Positions 10,047 through 17,696 of a stretch of DNA of 20,000 nt are shown here, piece after piece. Origin of the DNA: Pseudomonadota bacterium (GTDB lineage Bacteria > Pseudomonadota > Alphaproteobacteria > Paracaedibacterales > CAIOTO01). The notes beneath the pieces were generated by a model. The model worked only from the letters and a program-made list of their open reading frames with translations. It was not told where the DNA came from and searched no databases. A program made the translations under genes and the position numbers. The stretch is taken from contig JAZKDQ010000010.1 of the NCBI GenBank assembly GCA_040387495.1, positions 50,749 through 70,748 of the forward strand, given 5' to 3'. Numbering within the stretch: the stretch's first letter is position 1; the number at the start of each line of letters is the position of its first letter.

Positions 10047-11393
10047 ATGGGCATTTTAAAATCACTAAATCGCGAACAAAAAGAAGCCGTAGGTTTACTG
10101 CAAATAGGCACGTTTCTAGAATATTTTGATTTGATGTTATATGTGCATATGGCTGTGTTGTTGAATGAATTATTTTTTCCTCAGACTGATCCTCATACAG
10201 CAGCGCTGCTCACTGCCTTTGCGTTTTGTTCAACCTATGTATTACGTCCCTTTGGCGCTCTTGTCTTTGGATATATTGGCGATAACGTTGGTCGAAAAAC
10301 AACAGTGATTTTGACCACTATGATGATGTCGGTATCATGTATTATTATGGCGAATCTGCCAACGTACGCTCAGATTGGAATTACAGCAACGTGGGTAATT
10401 ACCATCTGTCGTGTCATGCAAGGACTATCGTCTATGGGTGAAGTTATGAGCGCTCAAGTTTATATGACGGAGATCACAAAGCCACCTATTCAATATCCTG
10501 CGGTTTCTTTTATATCTGCGGCTTGTGCAGCTGGTGGGGTTGCGGCACTTGGCGTTGCAACCCTTGTTACAACAGCAGGTTTTAACTGGCGCATTGCTTT
10601 TTGGATCGGGGCAGTAATTGCACTTGTTGGCTCCGTTGCGAGAACGCGGCTTAGAGAAACACCTGAATTTGTTGAAAAATCAAATGCATATAAGAACAGA
10701 AAAAGCGTAAGACTTGCGGCGGAAAAAAGTGGAAAAACGTTTGCAGAATCATTTAATGATACTGAGCATGAAAAGATAAAAATAAAAAATGTGGTTTCTT
10801 TTTTTGCAGCTAATTGTGGCTGCCCACTTTGTTTTTATTTAATATATATATACTTTAATCCAACGTTAAAAAACACCTTTGGATATGCATCGGAAGATAT
10901 TATATTTCATAACTTTATATTGGTAATACTTCATTTTGCAACTTTGTTGTTTTTAGCTATTACTTCCTACAAAATTCATCCCTTGAAAATATTGCGAATT
11001 ATTGGTTGTATTTTCCTTGGATTAGCTGTTTGCTTGCCGTCTCTCGTGAATTGGGCAACAAGTTATTATCATATTTTTGCCCTGCAGGCGGCAATTGTGT
11101 TCTTTTGTCTTAATACCAGTCCTGCCGAAGCTATCTTCATCAAGCATTTCCCCGTCCTTAAACGGATGACGGCGACCAGTCTTCTTTACTCTCTTACCCG
11201 TGCAATTACATATATAATCACGTCCTTTGGCTTGGTTTATTTGACAGAGTATTTTGGTCATTATGGTCTGTGGCTGATCATGCTGCCGGTTACATTAAGC
11301 TATTTGTGGGCAATTAATCATTACGCACTTCTTGAAAATGTTAACTTACCAAAACTTACAGCAATCTTTCGCAAGAAGAGTTTTGTGGGGTAA
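10047..11393 (+). CDS. MFS MHS-family (ProP-like) transporter, array copy 5
   Basis: Same motifs, AAGGA SD upstream, shorter C-terminal tail. Confidence 0.93.
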   Translation: MGILKSLNREQKEAVGLLQIGTFLEYFDLMLYVHMAVLLNELFFPQTDPHTAALLTAFAFCSTYVLRPFGALVFGYIGDNVGRKTTVILTTMMMSVSCIIMANLPTYAQIGITATWVITICRVMQGLSSMGEVMSAQVYMTEITKPPIQYPAVSFISAACAAGGVAALGVATLVTTAGFNWRIAFWIGAVIALVGSVARTRLRETPEFVEKSNAYKNRKSVRLAAEKSGKTFAESFNDTEHEKIKIKNVVSFFAANCGCPLCFYLIYIYFNPTLKNTFGYASEDIIFHNFILVILHFATLLFLAITSYKIHPLKILRIIGCIFLGLAVCLPSLVNWATSYYHIFALQAAIVFFCLNTSPAEAIFIKHFPVLKRMTATSLLYSLTRAITYIITSFGLVYLTEYFGHYGLWLIMLPVTLSYLWAINHYALLENVNLPKLTAIFRKKSFVG

Positions 11394-11421
11394 TGCCAGT
11401 TACAAAATCATTTTAAATTGG

Positions 11422-11467
11422 ATGCTGCTTGGTTTTGTTTATATGCCAGGTAGCATTTCTATGTTTT
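11422..11467 (+). terminator. Hairpin, possible terminator of the transporter array
   Basis: ATGCTGCTTGG (11422-11432) pairs with CCAGGTAGCAT (11446-11456) using two G-U pairs; T-rich tail; 28 bp after the copy 5 stop. Confidence 0.5.
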
Positions 11468-11469
11468 CA

Positions 11470-11828
11470 TTATTTAGAACTATCCATTAATATTGCTTCA
11501 ATTTCATCATGGCCTAATCGTGTTACCTGAGCCCTTGCAGCGTAGCCGAAAATATCTTTTTTGCGTGCGTCTGCGCTTGCTTTAATCAAGCTAATCGCAA
11601 TATTTTTATATCCTTTAATAGCCAGCCACCATCAACGCAGTGAGGCTCATATGAATTAACTCTGGGTCATCTTATGTGTGTTTCATTAGAGCTCACTCTA
11701 AGCCTTACATTAGCGTTAACTGGTGCATTTAGAACTAAACCTGAGTTGCAATTGTTATGTTTTTCTAGCACAGGAAATAATAAATCCATTTTGTTGGGTG
11801 GTTTCGGTTTATATAATTCTATCTTCAT
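11470..11828 (-). pseudogene. Frameshifted ankyrin-repeat protein remnant
   Basis: Manual minus-strand translation gives LTALM, a 1-nt frameshift near 11625, then AIKGYKNIAISLIKASADARKKDIFGYAARAQVTRLGHDEIEAILMDSSK* (TAA 11472-11470), matching the ankyrin consensus. Upstream short frame 11828-11667 contains LLFPVLEKHNNCNSGLVLNAPVNANVR, a possible degenerate repeat. Confidence 0.72.
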
Positions 11829-12053
11829 CTTATTTATCTATTCATGCCGGTGGTTTTATAGGCTATTGCCCGTTGATTATTTGAAATTAAGTTAAACTCA
11901 TACCTGCTAATAGTAGGGCAATTCCACTAGTTGTTAATCTGCGTAGAAATTACCTAGATGATTGCATGTTTATGCCATATGAAAATGAGGCTAATATTCA
12001 ATTTTGATTTAATTTAAAATTATGTCATCTTTCGCTATGCAGTATTAAATAGT

Positions 12054-15000
12054 TTGCTCACTTTAAAGTTTATAGCAAGACGTATATATAAAGGTGGCAT
12101 CATAATAAGCGTTAGAAAATTGCAAAATCTGAATTCTAATCATTTGGCTGCAATAAAAGGCAAAAGATTTACACGCCCAGAAATTGATATTATTGCATGT
12201 TTGTTATGCGGGCGTGCTGCTATGATTCCTTCTCTTTTATCAATTTCTTCACGTACGTTTGAAACGTATATACATAATATCATGCTTAAAATTGAATGTG
12301 ATTCGTATGAGGGGATTGTTGATTTTATTGAACAATCAGGCAAGGTGTTGTTTACAAAAGCACATTATCAAAAACTTGTTGTCAATGTCTTGTTTGAAAG
12401 ATGTTTAAAATCCATTGCAAATTTCACGCGAGAGCAATCGGGTATATGTACAATCTGGTATGAACCAAATGCATCTATACACCACATGGATATTATTCAT
12501 AAATTAATAAAACATATTAAGATGGCTGGCATTGAAACAATATTAAAGAGAAAAAGTGAGGATGAATTTAGGCATTTTGGTTCGACCGCAGTTCAAGCGA
12601 ACAATGAATTAAACCAGTACTCACTCACGGTGCTAAGCAAAGAAGAACATCAATCATTGTATCTAATAGATAATCTGGAAATTAGTGAGCAAGAAGAATA
12701 TGCCTCAGAGGATTCTATTTTCATTCGCTTGGATAGCCTAATCAATGATGTACCCATGCAAAATCTAAAGACACATAAGACTAATGTTTATGCTTTGTCT
12801 GTTTATTATCAAGGCGTTTTTGGAATTTTGAGAATGATATATTCCAACGAAAACTTTGAGGCGCAAATTAGTGAGTTTCATGTACAGTATGCGTCTTTAT
12901 TACGCAACGACCTAAAACCTGTAAGTAATTATGAATCATATAAAAAGTTGAAAATCAAAAAAATGAGAAGTCAATCTAGCTACGTTAAAAACCACTCGAT
13001 AAAATCAAAAACATATGCATTCTTACGACACAAAAGTGTTCAGGCAGTTTTTTTTGCTATTACCTTTTTTGGGATGTTATTTTTATTTTCTGGCTATAAG
13101 GGTGATGATGCAGAGAATGGAGAATATAATAATAAGTATATACGTTCAAATCTACGCATACCTGCGGAGTCAGTGTTCTTAGGCAGACCAACGCTTGTAA
13201 GAAGGATAAAAGAGCATTTTTCACAACATATAAATAGTAAGCCAATAATTACTGTCGTTGGTCTTGTTGGTATTGAGGGATCAGGTAAAACCACTCTTGC
13301 GCGTGCCTATGCAAAAACCTTAAGCAATGCTTCTGTTGTATGGGAAATTAATGCAGAAACACACGATAGTCTGGTGGATTCATTTAAGAACCTAGCGCAC
13401 GCTTTGGCTCAAACAAAAGAAACTAAAAGTGAATTATCGAGTATTCAGCGCATACAAAATGTTGATGAGATGGTAAGAAGAACAGCTATATTTGTTGCAA
13501 AGCATCTTCAAAAGCGCCCGAATTGGTTGCTTATTTATGATAATGTTGAATCATTTTCAAATCTTGAACATTTTTTCCCGCATGACGTAGATTGTTATGG
13601 GGCTGGAAAAGTTATTATTACAACGCGGGATCAAAGTGAAGGACGTGCTGAATATTTTAATGCAGATTCAATTGTTTATGTTGATGCATTAAACATGAGT
13701 GAAACTTTAACGTTATTCACTAAAATGACATATAACACCGAAGCATATGTTTTTTCACGAGAAAAAGAGAAGAAACTTATTCGTTTTCTTTCTAATATTC
13801 CGTCATACCCGCTTGATGTATCTATTGCATCATATTATATCAAGAATTCTAATATCACATGTGAAGCGTACTTAGAACGTATGAAGGATAATACGAAAGA
13901 TTTTGAGAATGCACAAACTGAATTTCCAAAAGACTCAAGCACATACACAAAAACACGATATAACATCACTACTCTTTCTATTAAGCGGCTTATTGATACA
14001 GAGCCTGAGTTTAAGAATTTACTAATGTTGCTAAGTCTTGTTGCGGCTGAAGATATCCCTAGAGCATTATTTGAATCGTATCAAGATCCCGTTCTTATTG
14101 ACCGTTTTATTTTTTGTCTTAAAAAATATGCATTTGTGCTGGGGAAGATTTCATCAAAGCATGATTGTGAAGCAACATTCTCGATTCATCGAAGCACACA
14201 GAAAATTATTAAGGATTTTTTATTAAGTACAAATGAGAAAGGTGATACAGAAAAAACGATACACGCATTTGCGCATCTTATTCAGAACTTTTCAGAAACT
14301 TATATTTCGAAAAAACCAGGAGAAATGCTTAATTTAGTTACGCACATTAATGAGTTCCTGCAAAATACTAATAGAATGAAGTTGGATGCTGCTAACAAAG
14401 AACAAATTAAACAAAATTTATATTATGCGCTAGGATATGCATACAAACGATTCTCACGGAATCTATTATTAGAAAAAGAATGTTTTGCAAAAGCATATGC
14501 AAGTCAGGCGCAAACACAACATATTCCAAACCATAAATTGACTGTGATGCTTAATGATTTAGCATCGATCTGTGTTGATTTGTCTCATAATGATGATGCT
14601 ATTTTATATGCACAAAAAAGCATTGATTTATGCAAGTCTCTGCCTGAAAAAACACTTGTTTCTGCGGATTGCCTGCGTATTATTGGGCTAGCATACCTTC
14701 TTAAAAATGATTTTGACAATGCAAAACTTCATTTTAATAAGGGCATCTATTTGCTGTCATCTCTAGATGCGGCCGTTCGAAAGGAAGCAGAGGCATCATT
14801 ATACGCCTTGCTTGGATCGCTTTACAGTGTGACGTATATTAATGGGGAGCGTGCTGAAGACGGAATTGGCTACGGACACAAAGCAGTTAATGTTATGAAT
14901 GCTGAATTGCAGTTGTATACGAAAACAGCACCGAAAGTAAAACCAGAAAAGATCTCATGTGAAGTAGCGCGTGTAAAAGCATCGCTTGGGGATGTGTATT

Positions 15001-15659
15001 GTCATTTTGGTGATTATAAAAGGGCGTATGAGCTGGGGTATAGAGACGTTCAATATATCATCGATAATCAGTTAGATACATGTTCACATGATTTGTTGAA
15101 AATCTACATGGCAATTGGTATGGGAGAAATTCATTTACGAGAAAAGTATCTTGTTAAATCAAAAAAGAAATTAACAACAGTCATTAAAGACGCAGAAGAT
15201 TTAGTGGGAACTACCAATATGCTGCTTTTATTTCCACGTGTGTTTAGTGCGGAAACACATATTCGGTTGAATGAACTTGATGCCGCATATAATGATTGTT
15301 TAGCTGCATTTAAGACTGAACAAAAAGAATGTCCTAATTATTCAAAACTGATCTTGGCAACGGCGTATTATCATGCAGCCATTATAAAATATAAACAGGG
15401 TGATTTTTCGAAATCATTTGAACATTTTTCGACGTTTTTTGAACATGCTAAAATGGTATGCAAAGCAATTCTAAGTAAAAAGGCATACAAAGTGCTTGAA
15501 AAAAAGAAGGTTTTTGATATGGATCGTGTTGCGAATAACAGCATGAATGATGAGGCAATTAAACCTTACTTCAAGCACGCTGCGGTGGCATTTAAGGCTA
15601 TTTATGGGGATGAGCATGCTTTCATTAAGGATTATGTGAATATTTACGGTCACATCTAA
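12054..15659 (+). CDS. LuxR-like HTH / transmembrane helix / NB-ARC (STAND) NTPase / TPR-like repeat protein
   Basis: FTRPEIDIIACLLCG...LSISSRTFETYIHNIMLKI (about 12168-12300) is GerE/LuxR-like; hydrophobic VQAVFFAITFFGMLFLFSGY (13038-13097); FLGR...; Walker A GIEGSGKT (13269-13292); Walker B WLLIYDNVE (13524-13550); VIITTR; YPL; TPR-like helices (YYALGYAY, LRIIGLAY, ASLGDVY). Start codon uncertain. Confidence 0.88.
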   Translation: MLTLKFIARRIYKGGIIISVRKLQNLNSNHLAAIKGKRFTRPEIDIIACLLCGRAAMIPSLLSISSRTFETYIHNIMLKIECDSYEGIVDFIEQSGKVLFTKAHYQKLVVNVLFERCLKSIANFTREQSGICTIWYEPNASIHHMDIIHKLIKHIKMAGIETILKRKSEDEFRHFGSTAVQANNELNQYSLTVLSKEEHQSLYLIDNLEISEQEEYASEDSIFIRLDSLINDVPMQNLKTHKTNVYALSVYYQGVFGILRMIYSNENFEAQISEFHVQYASLLRNDLKPVSNYESYKKLKIKKMRSQSSYVKNHSIKSKTYAFLRHKSVQAVFFAITFFGMLFLFSGYKGDDAENGEYNNKYIRSNLRIPAESVFLGRPTLVRRIKEHFSQHINSKPIITVVGLVGIEGSGKTTLARAYAKTLSNASVVWEINAETHDSLVDSFKNLAHALAQTKETKSELSSIQRIQNVDEMVRRTAIFVAKHLQKRPNWLLIYDNVESFSNLEHFFPHDVDCYGAGKVIITTRDQSEGRAEYFNADSIVYVDALNMSETLTLFTKMTYNTEAYVFSREKEKKLIRFLSNIPSYPLDVSIASYYIKNSNITCEAYLERMKDNTKDFENAQTEFPKDSSTYTKTRYNITTLSIKRLIDTEPEFKNLLMLLSLVAAEDIPRALFESYQDPVLIDRFIFCLKKYAFVLGKISSKHDCEATFSIHRSTQKIIKDFLLSTNEKGDTEKTIHAFAHLIQNFSETYISKKPGEMLNLVTHINEFLQNTNRMKLDAANKEQIKQNLYYALGYAYKRFSRNLLLEKECFAKAYASQAQTQHIPNHKLTVMLNDLASICVDLSHNDDAILYAQKSIDLCKSLPEKTLVSADCLRIIGLAYLLKNDFDNAKLHFNKGIYLLSSLDAAVRKEAEASLYALLGSLYSVTYINGERAEDGIGYGHKAVNVMNAELQLYTKTAPKVKPEKISCEVARVKASLGDVYCHFGDYKRAYELGYRDVQYIIDNQLDTCSHDLLKIYMAIGMGEIHLREKYLVKSKKKLTTVIKDAEDLVGTTNMLLLFPRVFSAETHIRLNELDAAYNDCLAAFKTEQKECPNYSKLILATAYYHAAIIKYKQGDFSKSFEHFSTFFEHAKMVCKAILSKKAYKVLEKKKVFDMDRVANNSMNDEAIKPYFKHAAVAFKAIYGDEHAFIKDYVNIYGHI

Positions 15660-15693
15660 ATATTAAATGTTATTAATAAGCTATTAATATTTA
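15657..15693. promoter_or_regulatory. AT-rich inverted repeat containing TTAA-N7-TTAA
   Basis: TAAATATTAA (15657-15666)/TTAATATTTA (15684-15693); TTAA-taagcta-TTAA at 15673-15687. Confidence 0.25.
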
Positions 15694-15737
15694 TGTTTTA
15701 TTGATAATTAAATGAAATGTAATATTGGAATTGTGAA

Positions 15738-17429
15738 ATGCATATGTTCACTTTAAATCTTCCCCGGACTTTGCTTCTTGGAGGCACTCTAATTATCCTC
15801 AATGAGAATTCTCTATATGCGAAAGTGGAGCTCGGTGCGAAATTAATTGCACAAGCTGAACAAAATGATCTTGGCTCTACAGCAAAAGCAGGAAATTCAG
15901 AGAGCACACCTGTTTTAAACGAGAAAAACCCAATACAAGTTGTGGATGCAAAAGCAACGAGTGATGATCCGGAAAAGATGGTTAGCACAGATACAGCGCC
16001 TGATTCGACAGCAATTTCAAAGCTAAAAATAGCTGATGACCATCGAAACTACCGTACAAATTTTGGGTATAAAGCTTCGCAAAAAGAAGCGCTTCGTTTA
16101 TATGAAGAAATAATGAATGATAAAAAAGTCAGCCCAGATGTTCGTGCGCGCGGAAAAATTAATTATGCAGATATATATATAAATGCTGGTTGGCTTAATG
16201 ATACCGTAAAACGTGAGCAGCGTAATGCTGAAGCTTTGCGTCTTTTCAATGAAGTGATTCATGAAATGGATATATCGCCTGATCTAAAAGGATGGGCAAA
16301 ACGCCATTTGTCAGATCTTTATTCAAGTAATAATTTTGATATGGACCCTGTTGAGGCGCGAAAGAAATCTGTTTCTTTGCTTGAGGAAGTATGTGTCGAT
16401 CCTGGTGTTGGGGCAGAAACAAAAGGACGCGCCAAACTATCGCTTGCCGGTCGTTATGTTTCTAAGGATGGACGGAAAGATTTAGGATTAACAGAGGAAG
16501 AAGGTAAAGCAAAGGCAATCGTTTTAATGAATGAAATTGTTAGCGATACAAAAGCGCGCCCTGATTTGCGGGCAGAAGCCAAAATAGGTTTGGCTAATCA
16601 TTCATCTGAAGAAGATTATTTTTATAAAGAAAAGAAACTAAAATTATATAAAGAAGTTATTGCTGATAAAGCAATTACACCTGTGATGCGTGCAAATATA
16701 AAAGCAAGACTTGCTAATTTGTACGTTTGGAGGAATTTCAATGTGAAAAAAAGCGAGGGAAGTACGATTGGTTTAAATTTGATGGAAGAAGCAGCTAATG
16801 AACCATCTTTGCCTATTAAGGAGAGGTTGGAATATAAAAGACAGTTGAAAAATTGGTATCGTCAGTTTTCTGACATGTTGCCAAGTGAAGCGAATGCAAA
16901 AGCACTTAAAATTTCGCCTGAAATTGTTGAAGAAAGCCGCGTTGATGCAAAAGAATATTTTAAGGCTAGGTTGGATTTAGCAAATGATTATTCACTCAAT
17001 AGTTACAAGCAAAAACGGGCCGTTGCTACAGCTGCGGCGCATAAGATTTTTAATGAATTGTTAACAGACAAAACGTTGCCTGTGGATGATAGGATAAAAG
17101 TTAGAAAAGATTTGGCGCAAAGCTATCTTTGGGGCTGGGGTGGTTTTGAACCAGAAGCTGGCAAAGATGTAAAAATAACTATTCTTAACCTTTATAATGA
17201 AATTTTAAACGATCCAGAACTAAAACAAGAAAAATGGTTTGAAACGAAATGCACTATAGCAGATATGTATCGTGAACATCAGGCCGAACGATTAGGCATG
17301 AAAAAAAGCGAAGCAAAAACTGAAAAGTTGCGCTTATATAATGAATTGATTGAAGACAAAAAACTAACGCCAGAGCAGAAAAAGAAGGTGAAGAAAATTA
17401 TAGAAGAGTTGGAAAAACCTGGTGCTTAG
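15738..17429 (+). CDS. Helical repeat protein (ten 40-49 aa repeats, TPR/Sel1-like), possibly exported
   Basis: Recurring 30-aa core, e.g. ALRLYEEIMNDKKVSPDVRARGKINYADIY and KLKLYKEVIADKAITPVMRANIKARLANLY. Weak signal-like N-terminus (RTLLLGGTLIIL...LYA) followed by a polar linker. Confidence 0.85.
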   Translation: MHMFTLNLPRTLLLGGTLIILNENSLYAKVELGAKLIAQAEQNDLGSTAKAGNSESTPVLNEKNPIQVVDAKATSDDPEKMVSTDTAPDSTAISKLKIADDHRNYRTNFGYKASQKEALRLYEEIMNDKKVSPDVRARGKINYADIYINAGWLNDTVKREQRNAEALRLFNEVIHEMDISPDLKGWAKRHLSDLYSSNNFDMDPVEARKKSVSLLEEVCVDPGVGAETKGRAKLSLAGRYVSKDGRKDLGLTEEEGKAKAIVLMNEIVSDTKARPDLRAEAKIGLANHSSEEDYFYKEKKLKLYKEVIADKAITPVMRANIKARLANLYVWRNFNVKKSEGSTIGLNLMEEAANEPSLPIKERLEYKRQLKNWYRQFSDMLPSEANAKALKISPEIVEESRVDAKEYFKARLDLANDYSLNSYKQKRAVATAAAHKIFNELLTDKTLPVDDRIKVRKDLAQSYLWGWGGFEPEAGKDVKITILNLYNEILNDPELKQEKWFETKCTIADMYREHQAERLGMKKSEAKTEKLRLYNELIEDKKLTPEQKKKVKKIIEELEKPGA

Positions 17430-17527
17430 GTGTTTGTAGCCATTTAAGTGTTATCTTTAGGCGTTGGATGATGTCAAGGCTATGCCGAGACGCGTGATCT
17501 GGAAGGCTTCTCTCCCAAACCTTTGTG

Positions 17528-17635
17528 CGTATTCACCGGGCTTGTGACCCGGTGATTTAGTTCGATTGAATGATATGCCTCCCGAGTCACCTGTCCGCCC
17601 GAAACCACTGGGTGAAGGAGGATGCCCGGGATACG
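17528..17635. repeat. Composite GC-rich palindromic (REP/RPE/MITE-like) element
   Basis: Hairpin TCACCGGG (17533-17540)/CCCGGTGA (17548-17555); second pair TCCCGAG (17580-17586)/CCCGGGA (17625-17631) enclosing an inner imperfect hairpin; imperfect terminal inverted repeats CGTATTCACCGGG...CCCGGGATACG. Confidence 0.55.
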
Positions 17636-17646
17636 TATGTGTGTTA

Positions 17647-17669
17647 GGTGTGTTGGTGGGCAACACACC
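17647..17669. terminator. Perfect hairpin between convergent genes (terminator or 3' stabiliser)
   Basis: GGTGTGTTG-gtggg-CAACACACC, 9-bp stem, 27 bp past the stop of the minus-strand binding-protein gene. No clear U-tract. Confidence 0.45.
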
Positions 17670-17696
17670 ATTAAGTCGCTGGATGCTCTTTAGCTT

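Larger units (their letters stand above)
4308..11393 (+). repeat. Tandem gene array, five units with a period of about 1.42-1.47 kb
   Basis: Homologous starts at 4308, 5739, 7156, 8627 and 10047; spacers of 31-76 bp; recurring 5' sequence AAATCA(C/T)TAA(G/A)TCGCGA(A/G)CAAAAAGAAGC. Confidence 0.95.

Noticed and set aside
4308..11393. CRISPR array or diversity-generating retroelement as the explanation for the repeats
   Set aside because: The repeats are whole coding paralogs; there is no repeat-spacer pattern, reverse transcriptase or adenine-specific TR/VR pair.
11674..11895. 73-aa plus-strand ORF
   Set aside because: No motif; overlaps the better-supported minus-strand ankyrin remnant.
17457..17671. 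Short minus-strand ORFs, or a 6S/tmRNA/RNase P/tRNA gene in the GC-rich intergenic region
   Set aside because: The ORFs arise from GC-rich palindromic sequence; I found no cloverleaf, tag peptide or RNase P signature. An Rfam scan would be needed to exclude an ncRNA fully.
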